From the NCBI GenBank assembly GCA_017427985.1, contig JAFRRS010000013.1:4565-68564 (forward strand): a DNA stretch of 64,000 nt. The letters run 5' to 3'. This DNA is from Bacteroidales bacterium (GTDB taxonomy: Bacteria; Bacteroidota; Bacteroidia; Bacteroidales; F082). Both the position numbers and the translations under genes were made by a program. The notes under the pieces are model-generated. The model saw nothing but the letters and a program-made list of their open reading frames with translations, made no database searches and was not told where the DNA came from. Below are positions 53,301 to 60,417 of this stretch, one piece after another (within the stretch, counting starts at the first letter, position 1; every line of letters begins with the position of its first letter).

Positions 53301-53604
53301 AGCCGGCGTTGCTTGTCACCACGACTTGCTGGTTGTCGGCGCCCATGCCTCTGAAAACCACGCGGTTGGTAGCCGATGCGCCGTTGATTTGGTTGATTGT
53401 CACGTATTCTTCATAAGTCCCCGGGGCGATTTCAAAAATCACCTGACCCGACACGCCTGCCGACAACGCCGAGGCCGCCGCGCTGAGCGAGGTGTAGTTG
53501 GGGTTTTGTGAAGAATTGCTGTTGATGGTGTAAGTGCCTGACAATTGGGCATTTACGATTGTCGCAAAAAGAAGCGACAGTGCTAAAAAGAAACACTTTT
53601 TCAT
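50362..53604 (-). CDS. T9SS-sorted surface protein: N-terminal parallel beta-helix repeats, Ig-like repeats, DUF4465-like domain
   Basis: It has a signal peptide and repeated N..F..N beta-helix rungs. The DUF4465-like block ASFEDVEIGTSGYW..FWGGFTASNHTD..AQYGVAYTF maps to about nt 50964-51609. The T9SS C-terminus reads VYPNPAHDIIFVG...MYIIRV...RLIIK. Confidence 0.75.
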   Translation of the reverse strand: MKKCFFLALSLLFATIVNAQLSGTYTINSNSSQNPNYTSLSAAASALSAGVSGQVIFEIAPGTYEEYVTINQINGASATNRVVFRGMGADNQQVVVTSNAGYTDNSTLKLSGADYVTFENMTLTTTSTSKARLLVFDGQCDYDRFENVRFVGVEVPTNSSDNDKNLVHMNNGDGIINHDTQFVGCQFINGCIALYVQGKNMSQFNEGLLIENCYFENQQFKSIYPTFYHNIIIRGNTIVNANDFKTDYRAIDVFQCYNSAVFEKNIMNVTRTTSYSTVFAIRPCVGTADNHVIIRNNIINLNSNASSNSYAFSIDYNDCAYVDFAHNTIKCSGTGNNGNIFVQKNGTNFNFYNNLLVNTSSNGYVFRFNNNVESRMSDYNRIQFSGSNIGYFASTNCATLGDWTTATGFDTHSSLCTPNFVGASDLHVTSADGLTVANPLSYVPKDIDEQNRSASTPCAGADEYASGTNLPPVVANPISNITFNTYPASQTVNLTNTFNDPDDPNNNIVITVASNSNPTLVSTTLNNKVLTVTRLASTGGTATITLNAESAGQSVQTSFSVECVAEDLPPVVANQLAPINFTSYPESLNFDLSDTFDDPDNNNAFIVITVQSCPSEITASIDDDDMLTVTRNTANAFTNKTLVIRATSNGKHVDMNVSVSGVEVVVTVGTASFEDVEIGTSGYWIGSEGENEMFSGGWIFTNYYSSYFWGGFTASNHTDLTQTGMDAQYTAVTAGGHNSTAQYGVAYTFGAQTDVYASDGQAHAITGCYVTNNLWAYQSVVEGDASSTPFGGTTGNDPDWFKLTATGKNASGQVVGTLDFYLADYRFDNNDEDYVVDTWEWFDLSQLGAVHTISFSLSSTKGNAYGMLTPAYFCIDDFNGTAPGVPQDLPPYIVNPVENVVFSEFPQTIEVNLEGVASDPDDPDEAIVYSIVSNSNENALEANMDGKALNMTRLTNESGSAHLVMRATSDGQHVDFEFDVTMNFVPDGIAENGDVTISVYPNPAHDIIFVGSNHHLPIETQNFASQQRIEIYDITGRKVLTSTETEINVSELNPGMYIIRVNYDGRDTKSCVFTERLIIK
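50387..50409. repeat. GAGACG-family hairpin H8 (degenerate: AAAGACGCAAGA|TTTTGTGTCTCT)
   Basis: It has two mismatches plus one G-T pair. It encodes GRDTKSCVFTE in a different frame from H2/H6. Confidence 0.7.
50529..50550. repeat. GAGACG-family hairpin H9 (GAGACGCAAAA|TTCTGCGTCTC, one mismatch)
   Basis: It encodes IETQNFASQQ, between the first two strands of the sorting domain. Confidence 0.85.
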
Positions 53605-53644
53605 TTTAATTTAATTTTAATCCCGAAATAAATTTAACAATATC

Positions 53645-53780
53645 GCTTGGCAAGGTCTTCTGACTCGCCCGAGTCTGCCGCCTTCCCATCTTTCGACAGT
53701 GGCTTGATTGACAGACCTTTACGCCGGACTTACAGCAGCGGGTACTGTTGCCGATTCCCACGGCATTCCCTTTTCCAAAG
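53645..53780 (-). promoter_or_regulatory. cobalamin (B12) riboswitch
   Basis: The minus-strand RNA reads ..GGAAAAGGGAAUGCCGUGGGAAUCGGCAACAGUACCCGCUGCUGUAAGUCCGG..GUCAAUCAAGCCACUGUCGAAAGAUGGGAAGGCGG... It contains AGGGAA, the GGUG-GAA-UCC-like stem, ACCCGC.GCUGUAA, the B12 box GCCACUG and GGGAAGGC. Confidence 0.85.
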
Positions 53781-53786
53781 CGGCTG

Positions 53787-53794
53787 CAAAGGTA
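53787..53794 (-). promoter_or_regulatory. -7 box TACCTTTG driving the riboswitch transcript
   Basis: The reverse complement of CAAAGGTA matches TAnnTTTG. It lies just upstream of the riboswitch 5' end. Confidence 0.5.
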
Positions 53795-53995
53795 CAAATA
53801 TTTTTCTCGTCAGATATCATATTTCAGATAATTATTTTTCAGATAAAAAATATCGTTATCTTTGCACCGACAAACACTCTATCCCATGTCAAAGACTGAC
53901 GATTTCAAAACAAACCGCACTATTCGCAAAGTGTCATTGCCGGCTGACGGCGACAGACTGTTGGAGGTTTTCGAGGCGACGAACGTTTAGCTTAT

Positions 53996-54275
53996 CAGAA
54001 AATTACAGAAAAGAAAAAACTTTCCCTTACCGCCCAAATCGGCATCGCGCTCGTGCTGGCGGTGATAGCGGGCGTGCTGCGGCGGCATCGACCGCATCAT
54101 CGACATGGGACGCACAGTGATGTCGGTCACAGGCGACTATCTGATAAGCGTCAACGAGGTGGAAATCAACGATTACTGCACTTATTTAAACATTGTCGAC
54201 AATGCCAAGGCAAATGATGATTCGCCCCGACGTTATGTCTTCCGCTCGCCCGAAGGTGAGATAAAAGAGTTTTAA
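53996..54275 (+). pseudogene. remnant of a dicarboxylate/amino-acid:cation symporter (DAACS) gene with a large internal deletion
   Basis: An N-terminal-like frame (ITEKKKLSLTAQIGIALVLAVIAGVL) joins a C-terminal-like frame near 54070-54090, with a +1 shift. The C-terminal frame reads GIDRIIDMGRTVMSVTGDYLISV.. (compare GltP GIDRILDMARTALNVVGNAL). No intact ORF remains. Confidence 0.55.
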
Positions 54276-54278
54276 TAT

Positions 54279-55190
54279 TTAATACGCGTGCATTCCGCCA
54301 AGGAGATTGACACCGAAGTAGGTCATCAGCACAAAAAGAAATGCGAAGATGTTGAAAATGTGATAGTTAAGAGGTTTCTGCAAGAATCTTATCTTGCCTC
54401 TGTGCAACGGAATCGCATAAACTATCAGCGTTATCAGCGACCAGGTCTCCTTCGGGTCCCACGACCAGTAATTACCCCATGAAATGTTAGCCCACACCGA
54501 ACCAATCATGATTCCGAAAGCGAGGCACATCACACCTGGATAATGCAGCTGACGCGACACTTTTGCCATACGCTCTATTTCAAACATCGAGTTTTTGTTG
54601 CAAATCCTGACAATCACAGCAGCCAAGCCGTTGATTAACATAAAGGCGAGCAAGGCGTAGGCAACCATAATTATCGCGACATGCAGACCGAGCAATGGCG
54701 ACGAGAGCACCGGCATCAACGGAGTGATTTTCGGGTTTGCCGAACTCATCACCGCGACGAGCATCATCAATCCGCTGACAATCAATCCAGTGGCGACAAT
54801 GTTGACCCTGCCGTCTTTCTTCAAAGCCATTATGCCGGCGATTAGCAGCGACACCCATGCCATGAAATGCTGTGTCTCGGCGCTGCTGGCAAGCGGAATG
54901 TGACCGGCAACTATCCAGCGCAGGATTATTAAAAATGTCAAAAATGCAAAGATTATCCAATTTATTGATAATGAGATATTTGCAAGCGATTTTGGCATGT
55001 TTTTTCCAATAGCCGTGAAAACGCAATACAAAACGAAGAACACCAATCCAAAGAACAATGAGCCATACGCCACGTAGTTGTATTTTGACCAGACGTTGTA
55101 GATGTAAATGTCACCCAATTCGGCAGCGACATCTTTCGGTAAAGTCTTGAGTTCCTGAGCGTTAGCCATTGTGCCGAACATCAGCATCAC
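54279..55190 (-). CDS. ccsA: cytochrome c biogenesis protein CcsA/ResC family
   Basis: Multi-TM protein with the Trp-rich heme-handling motif WGNYWSWDPKETW. Confidence 0.75.
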   Translation of the reverse strand: MMLMFGTMANAQELKTLPKDVAAELGDIYIYNVWSKYNYVAYGSLFFGLVFFVLYCVFTAIGKNMPKSLANISLSINWIIFAFLTFLIILRWIVAGHIPLASSAETQHFMAWVSLLIAGIMALKKDGRVNIVATGLIVSGLMMLVAVMSSANPKITPLMPVLSSPLLGLHVAIIMVAYALLAFMLINGLAAVIVRICNKNSMFEIERMAKVSRQLHYPGVMCLAFGIMIGSVWANISWGNYWSWDPKETWSLITLIVYAIPLHRGKIRFLQKPLNYHIFNIFAFLFVLMTYFGVNLLGGMHAY

Positions 55191-55630
55191 AAACAGAATG
55201 ATTTCTGAATCCAGAACTGTTCGAGAGCCACCTCGCCGCCACGCTCGATTTCGTGTTCGAATTCGCCAGTCTCTTCGGCTTCCATCTCCACCGCCACCTC
55301 GTTGCCGCCATGCTCAAACTCAATCTCGCTGCCCATCGTCCAGCCATGACCGAAGTCATAACCTATATTAATAACAACATGCGGCAGGTCGACTCTACCA
55401 TGACCTGGAGAGTCTTTGTAACGGTCGGGATGCGAGTAGCGGAAGATGTTATCGCTATAAAAATTGCGGGTATAAACAGCCTCGCCGTAGCCTCCAATTG
55501 TTAATTTTGACTTTGTAACTTTTTGATTTTCAGTAGAGATTGTGTCGTTTTCAGCAGCTTTTGCATCTTCCGTCAAGGAGAAGGAAATCAAAGCCGTCAG
55601 AGCGAAAAATGATAATAAAAACCTTTTCAT
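55187..55630 (-). CDS. secreted protein resembling the N-terminal third of an outer-membrane beta-barrel; possibly truncated
   Basis: 147 aa with a signal peptide. It contains GGYGEAVYTRNF.. and ends ..EQFWIQKSFCL, overlapping ccsA by 4 nt. The truncation is inferred from length only. Confidence 0.35.
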   Translation of the reverse strand: MKRFLLSFFALTALISFSLTEDAKAAENDTISTENQKVTKSKLTIGGYGEAVYTRNFYSDNIFRYSHPDRYKDSPGHGRVDLPHVVINIGYDFGHGWTMGSEIEFEHGGNEVAVEMEAEETGEFEHEIERGGEVALEQFWIQKSFCL

Positions 55631-55911
55631 TTCCTAAAAAATAACCTTTTAATTCACGATGCGAAAATAGTTCACATCAAAAAGTGCCAGGGTCACCATT
55701 TTTAGGTATTTTGAGGTTTAGGAGTCATTATTTTAGGGGATTTTTATTTATAAAAAATTATTTCTTTTGTAAATTGTTGCTTTTCAATACATTGCAATAA
55801 ATATTAAAAATTTTTTAAAAAAATCTCAACTTTTTTGTAGTTTATATTATAAACTTGTTTATCTTTGCAGCGTCGTTTAAGACATAAAGTGCACTTAAAA
55901 TTATTTGATGA

Positions 55912-55974
55912 TTTAAAAATTTAAAATTCAAAGATTCAAATTTACAATTAAAACTAACAATTTAAAATTTAAAA
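55912..55974 (+). repeat. heptamer-periodic AT-rich leader (nine units of ~TTTAAAA/ATTCAAA type)
   Basis: The units TTTAAAA ATTTAAA ATTCAAA GATTCAA ATTTACA ATTAAAA CTAACAA TTTAAAA TTTAAAA sit directly before the ATG at 55977. Confidence 0.8.
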
Positions 55975-55976
55975 CT

Positions 55977-56561
55977 ATGGAAAACAACATTGAAAACAAA
56001 GAAATGACAGCTCAGCAGAGCCTCGGAATCATCACCGAGATGATGAACAACAGCCGCAAATCGATCCTTCAAGACAGCGGCAAGCACTTTATCCTTTGGG
56101 GAGTGCTGCTTATCGTGGTCTCAATCGTCAACTACGAGCTTTGGCACATCACCGGCAACCCGGCGTGGAACTGCCTGTGGTTTGCAATGCCTGCGATAGG
56201 CTTCCCTGTCGTACGAATCCTCGAAAGGAAAAATTCAGATGTTCCACAGAGCTACCTCAACAGGCAAATCGGTGCGATATGGCTCGCCTACTGTATTTTC
56301 GCGCTTACGATCAGCATTATCGCGATGCTGGCTGTCCCGATGCCCATCACACTCGTTATTGTAATCGCCTTTGGCTTTGCCGAATGTATCTCAGGAATAC
56401 TTTTGAAAAACTGGGCGATTATCATCAGCGGCTTCATCCTCGGTGTCGGCGGTGCCGTAGCTGCGGCGATGCTTTTCTCTGCAGAGCAATTGCTGATATT
56501 TACAGTCGGTGGAATTATCCTTGTCGCCACTGGCTTGATTGTCAAATCCCAATACAAATAA
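55977..56561 (+). CDS. integral membrane protein of unknown function
   Basis: 194 aa with 4-5 TM helices. Confidence 0.6.
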   Translation: MENNIENKEMTAQQSLGIITEMMNNSRKSILQDSGKHFILWGVLLIVVSIVNYELWHITGNPAWNCLWFAMPAIGFPVVRILERKNSDVPQSYLNRQIGAIWLAYCIFALTISIIAMLAVPMPITLVIVIAFGFAECISGILLKNWAIIISGFILGVGGAVAAAMLFSAEQLLIFTVGGIILVATGLIVKSQYK

Positions 56562-56564
56562 GCC

Positions 56565-56846
56565 ATGTTTCCGAAACTTGACCCAATATTGCATTCCGAG
56601 CTGAGGCTGGCGGTGATGTCAATCCTGGCTGGTGTCGACAGTGCCGAGTTCAGCTACATCAAGAAGCAGACCGGCGCCACGTCGGGCAACCTCAGCGTGC
56701 AGCTTGACAAGCTCAGCGCGGCGGGCTACATCAGCGTCGAGAAAGGCTTCAAGGGCAAGGTGCCTTGCACGACCTGCAAAATCACACAGGCAGGACTCGC
56801 AGCCTTCGAAAACTACGTCAACTCACTGAAAGAGTACCTCATTTAA
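56565..56846 (+). CDS. small winged-helix transcriptional regulator
   Basis: 93 aa reading LHSELRLAVMSILAGVDSAEFSYIKKQTGATSGNLSVQLDKLSAAGYISVEK. Confidence 0.6.
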   Translation: MFPKLDPILHSELRLAVMSILAGVDSAEFSYIKKQTGATSGNLSVQLDKLSAAGYISVEKGFKGKVPCTTCKITQAGLAAFENYVNSLKEYLI

Positions 56847-56868
56847 GACTTAATACATAAAGATTTTT

Positions 56869-56900
56869 GGGGGACAAAGTGATTTTTGTCCCCTTTTTTT
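56869..56900 (+). terminator. rho-independent terminator
   Basis: The stem GGGGACAAA-gtgatt-TTTGTCCCC is followed by T7. Confidence 0.85.
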
Positions 56901-56970
56901 GTTATCTTTGCAGTCATAAACCGCAGTAAAATGGCGCTATTTGAATTTTTTTAAAAATTTTTTTAAAAAT

Positions 56971-57017
56971 ATCGTACACGATATAAAAATATTTTGTAAT
57001 TTTGCATCGTGAACGAT
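56971..57017 (+). promoter_or_regulatory. two ATCGTnnACGAT palindromic operators bracketing a -7 box
   Basis: The first operator is ATCGTacACGAT (56971-56982). The -7 box is TAATTTTG (56997-57004). The second operator is ATCGTgaACGAT (57006-57017). Confidence 0.55.
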
Positions 57018-57055
57018 ATAATTCAAATCAATATTAACAATTAAAATTTATAATT

Positions 57056-57511
57056 ATGGACAAACAGAAATCAATCGAAGCATTGCAGTTCTTCGTGACA
57101 GGCCTCTCGGAAGGCGCTTTCGTACACAAAGTACAGGGACAGATTTTCAACTCGGAAAACTTCAACAAACTCGGCGAGAAATACATCGGCCACTACAATG
57201 AGGAGATGGAATGGGTTGAGAAATTCATCGACCGCATCATCGACCTCGGCGGCTGCCCGAAAGTTGAGAAACACGACGCTCGCGAGCTGATTTGCGATCC
57301 TCTGGAATACGTCAAGGCTGACCTCGCCATCCAAGTGCAAGGCGTGGAAATCCTACGCAAATGCATGGCAACAGTGGCAGACGACCCAACGACTTACGAC
57401 ATGCTGAAAGCCTACTTGCTCGACGAAGAGGAAGACCAGTATTGGAGTGAGGAACAACTCGAGCTTATCGAGAAAATCGGCTACCAGAACTGGCTCATCA
57501 AGCAGCTGTAA
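57056..57511 (+). CDS. ferritin-like / bacterioferritin-like protein
   Basis: 151 aa with a four-helix ferritin-like pattern (..HYNEEMEWVEKFIDRIIDLGG.. ..LLDEEEDQYW..). Confidence 0.65.
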   Translation: MDKQKSIEALQFFVTGLSEGAFVHKVQGQIFNSENFNKLGEKYIGHYNEEMEWVEKFIDRIIDLGGCPKVEKHDARELICDPLEYVKADLAIQVQGVEILRKCMATVADDPTTYDMLKAYLLDEEEDQYWSEEQLELIEKIGYQNWLIKQL

Positions 57512-57526
57512 TCAAGAAATGCTGAA

Positions 57527-57967
57527 ATGAGACCCGAGTTCCTTTTGGAAAACCAGCTCTGTTTTAGGCTCTATACCGCTTCGCGCCTTCTCACACAGGC
57601 CTATCATCCGCTGCTTTCTGAACACGGATTGACTTACCCGCAGTACCTGGTGCTGCTGGTGCTGTGGGAGAAGGACGCCCAGCCGGTGAACGACATCGCC
57701 AAACGTCTTTATCTGGAGACCAACACGGTGACGCCGCTCATCCAACGTATGGAAAAGGAAGGCATCGTCACGCGTTCTAAAGGCGAGAAAGATGCCCGTC
57801 AGATGATTGTCCGATTGACCAAGAAAGGCTGGGATCTTCAGGTTGAACTCGTTGATGTCCCAACAGCAATGGGCAACGCCGTCATCTGCGAAAGCGTCAA
57901 TACTGAGACCGCTCCCGAGCTGTTCAAGATGTTGGACGACATAATCGCAAAGCTTAAAACAAAATGA
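57527..57967 (+). CDS. MarR-family regulator, OhrR-type
   Basis: It has the N-terminal LENQLCFRLYTASR (the reactive-Cys context of OhrR) and a wHTH core. Confidence 0.8.
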   Translation: MRPEFLLENQLCFRLYTASRLLTQAYHPLLSEHGLTYPQYLVLLVLWEKDAQPVNDIAKRLYLETNTVTPLIQRMEKEGIVTRSKGEKDARQMIVRLTKKGWDLQVELVDVPTAMGNAVICESVNTETAPELFKMLDDIIAKLKTK

Positions 57968-58584
57968 AAAAAGGTATAATCTGCATGGCCGTCGGTCTGC
58001 TTTTGGCTCTGGCGTCATGCGTTCAAAACAATGGAAAAATGACTACGATTTATGATTTCAAAGCCCTCTCAAACAGAGGCCGGGAAGTGGATATGGCCCA
58101 GTATAAAGGTCAGGTCCTGATGATTGTCAACACCGCCTCGAAGTGCGGCTTCACCCCGCAATACGACGGTTTGGAGGCTCTTTATCAGAAATATAAAGAC
58201 CAGGGATTCGTCATTCTCGGCTTCCCATGCGACCAGTTCAAACACCAGGAACCGGGTACCGACGAGGAAATCGCAGAATTCTGCCGCATCAACCACGGCG
58301 TCACATTCCCTCTGATGAAGAAAATCGACGTGTTTGGCGAGAACGCCGACCCTATCTTCAAATATCTCACCACCCAGGTTCCTGATGAAGAGGTCCACGG
58401 ACTGAAAGACAAGGCCACTATGAAACTCGTCGACAGCATAAGCAAGGCCGACGGCCGCAAGCCGGGCGAAATCCGCTGGAACTTCACCAAATTCCTCATC
58501 TCAAAAGACGGCAGCGTAATCAAACGTTTCGCTCCGACAACAAAACCTGAAGAGATGGAGGACGACATCAAGGCGATGCTGTAA
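57964..58584 (+). CDS. glutathione peroxidase-family protein (Cys type) with a lipoprotein-like signal
   Basis: The motifs NTASKCGFTPQY, LGFPCDQF and WNFTKFLI are present. It overlaps the MarR gene by 4 nt. Confidence 0.9.
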   Translation: MKKGIICMAVGLLLALASCVQNNGKMTTIYDFKALSNRGREVDMAQYKGQVLMIVNTASKCGFTPQYDGLEALYQKYKDQGFVILGFPCDQFKHQEPGTDEEIAEFCRINHGVTFPLMKKIDVFGENADPIFKYLTTQVPDEEVHGLKDKATMKLVDSISKADGRKPGEIRWNFTKFLISKDGSVIKRFAPTTKPEEMEDDIKAML

Positions 58585-58606
58585 AGATTTTTATTATCTT
58601 TGCGGC

Positions 58607-59416
58607 ATGGAATTTTGTGATAACTATGTCATAATAGACAATAGCCTCGACCGCTTGACCGAGCCGGCGATGGGCGATTACATCACTCATGCCTATTGTT
58701 CGGCAGGCATATGCGAGATATGGTACAACGACGCGTGTTTCAACCTCCACAAGGGCGACAGCATGATTATCGTGGCGAACCGGTCTGTTACAAAGGTCGT
58801 TCCTTCGCCCGATTTTCAGGTTAAAGTGATTTATGTGGAGATGGGATTCCTGCAGGTGTGCGCTCCGCATTCCAACTACGGCACGCGCGGAGGCTTGTCG
58901 CTTTACATCGACCCGATTATGCGGCTCAACGATGACGAGCAACGTCGCTGTGAGCGCGACTTCGACGATGTTTTCCATCGCGTGGAGCATCCGCACAAAT
59001 ATTTCCATGGCGACGAGATGTCGGTGGCGCTTCAGCTGCTTTTCATTGACTTTTTCGAGTTCCATTCCAGAATATACGGCGACGTCGACCTCTCGGCGCA
59101 GACCACCTCGGTGATGAACCGTTTCGTCGATATGCTCGACAACGGCGACTACAAGAAATCGCGCGAGGTGGCATATTTCGCGTCGGAGCTCTGCGTCAGT
59201 CCGAAGTACCTCTCCGAGGTGTGCAAAAAAGTGAGCGGCTATTCGGCCAACTACTGGATCAACCGCTACGCCGCCATCGAGATCTCCCATCTTTTAAAAG
59301 ACAGAACCCTTTCATTGACAGACATTTCCGACATTTTCGGCTTCTCGTCGCTGTCGCATTTCTCCAGATTCGTGCAGAACAATTTAGGAGCGTCGCCGAG
59401 TTCGTTTAGAGAATAA
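58607..59416 (+). CDS. AraC-family transcriptional regulator
   Basis: The C-terminal double HTH reads ..ASELCVSPKYLSEVCKKVSGYSANYWINRY.. ..FGFSSLSHFSRFVQNNLGASPSSF. A -7 box TATCTTTG (58595-58602) ends only 4 nt before the ATG, so the mRNA may be leaderless. Confidence 0.8.
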   Translation: MEFCDNYVIIDNSLDRLTEPAMGDYITHAYCSAGICEIWYNDACFNLHKGDSMIIVANRSVTKVVPSPDFQVKVIYVEMGFLQVCAPHSNYGTRGGLSLYIDPIMRLNDDEQRRCERDFDDVFHRVEHPHKYFHGDEMSVALQLLFIDFFEFHSRIYGDVDLSAQTTSVMNRFVDMLDNGDYKKSREVAYFASELCVSPKYLSEVCKKVSGYSANYWINRYAAIEISHLLKDRTLSLTDISDIFGFSSLSHFSRFVQNNLGASPSSFRE

Positions 59417-59464
59417 CCGCAAAATTTGAAAATTTTACCTCAAAATGTGTAACGGCCATATTAA
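59416..59464 (+). promoter_or_regulatory. conserved ~49-nt upstream module, copy A
   Basis: The sequence ACCGCAAAATTTGAAAATTTTACCTCAAAATGTGTAACGGCCATATTAA matches 63312-63360 at about 41 of 49 positions. It is followed by a -7 box TAATTTTG. Confidence 0.5.
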
Positions 59465-59523
59465 TTTATGGTGGTAATTTTGCATTGTCAAATTAAACAT
59501 TTAAAATTTAAAGATTTAAGAAT

Positions 59524-60369
59524 ATGCAGAATATCAGATTATCGAACGGCGTTGAGATGCCGGTTTTGGGTTACGGAGTGTTTCAGGTGCCGCCACAAGA
59601 GGCGGAAAGATGCGTAAGCGACGCATTGTCAGTGGGTTATAGACTTATCGATACAGCTCAGGCTTATGCCAACGAAGAAGGCGTGGGCGAGGCTGTCGCG
59701 AAAAGCGGCATCAAACGCGAGGACATTTTCATTGTGACGAAGGTGTGGATCAGCAACAACGGCGAAGAGAAGGCGGCTAAAAGCATCGACGAGAGCCTTC
59801 GCAAGCTGAAGACCGACTATATCGACCTTTTGCTCATCCATCAGGCCTACGGCGACGTATTCGGCACCTGGAGAGCCATGGAAGACGCCTACCGCGACGG
59901 CAAGCTCCGCGCAATAGGTGTGAGCAACTTCCAGCAGGCACGTTTCTTCGACTTTACGCATTACGTGGATATGAAGCCAATGGTCAATCAGCTGCAGTGC
60001 AATGCCATGATACAGCAAACCGGCATCGAGCCTACGCTCAACGAGTTCGACACCAAGATGATGGCATGGGGACCGCTCGGCGGTCAGGGCGTGGACGGCA
60101 TCATCAAGAGCGAATTGTTAGGCGGCATCGGCGCAAAATACGGCAAGACCGCATCGCAGGTGGCACTACGCTGGCTCACACAGCGCGGCATCGTGGCAAT
60201 TCCGAAATCAACACATAAAGAAAGAATGCAGCAGAATCTCGACATCTTCGACTTCGAGCTCACAGCAGAAGATATGAAGCAAATCGCCACGATGAACCAG
60301 ATGGACACCGGCGCCATCAACTTCAGCGATATTAATTTTGTGAAGTATTTGATTGAGACTTACGGTTAG
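59524..60369 (+). CDS. aldo/keto reductase
   Basis: 281 aa with LIDTAQAYANE, YIDLLLIHQ and IPKSTHKERM. Confidence 0.9.
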   Translation: MQNIRLSNGVEMPVLGYGVFQVPPQEAERCVSDALSVGYRLIDTAQAYANEEGVGEAVAKSGIKREDIFIVTKVWISNNGEEKAAKSIDESLRKLKTDYIDLLLIHQAYGDVFGTWRAMEDAYRDGKLRAIGVSNFQQARFFDFTHYVDMKPMVNQLQCNAMIQQTGIEPTLNEFDTKMMAWGPLGGQGVDGIIKSELLGGIGAKYGKTASQVALRWLTQRGIVAIPKSTHKERMQQNLDIFDFELTAEDMKQIATMNQMDTGAINFSDINFVKYLIETYG

Positions 60370-60373
60370 TAAA

Positions 60374-60408
60374 TTGACAATTGATAATTGAAAGTTGATA
60401 ATTGATAA
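60374..60408 (+). repeat. heptamer tandem TTGACAA TTGATAA TTGAAAG TTGATAA TTGATAA
   Basis: Read directly. It fills most of the 48-nt spacer between the reductase stop and the next ATG. It places stop codons in all three frames. Confidence 0.9.
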
Positions 60409-60417
60409 GGATAGGAT

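Noticed and set aside
53887-53991. 34-codon ORF MSKTDDFKTNRTIRKVSLPADGDRLLEVFEATNV downstream of a plus-strand TATCTTTG box
   Set aside because: It is too short and featureless to call. It is probably part of the decayed symporter locus or a leader. It is not reported as a gene.
57512-59290. 168-aa and 240-aa minus-strand ORFs
   Set aside because: They are antisense to the MarR/glutathione peroxidase genes and to the AraC gene, all of which carry clear family motifs.
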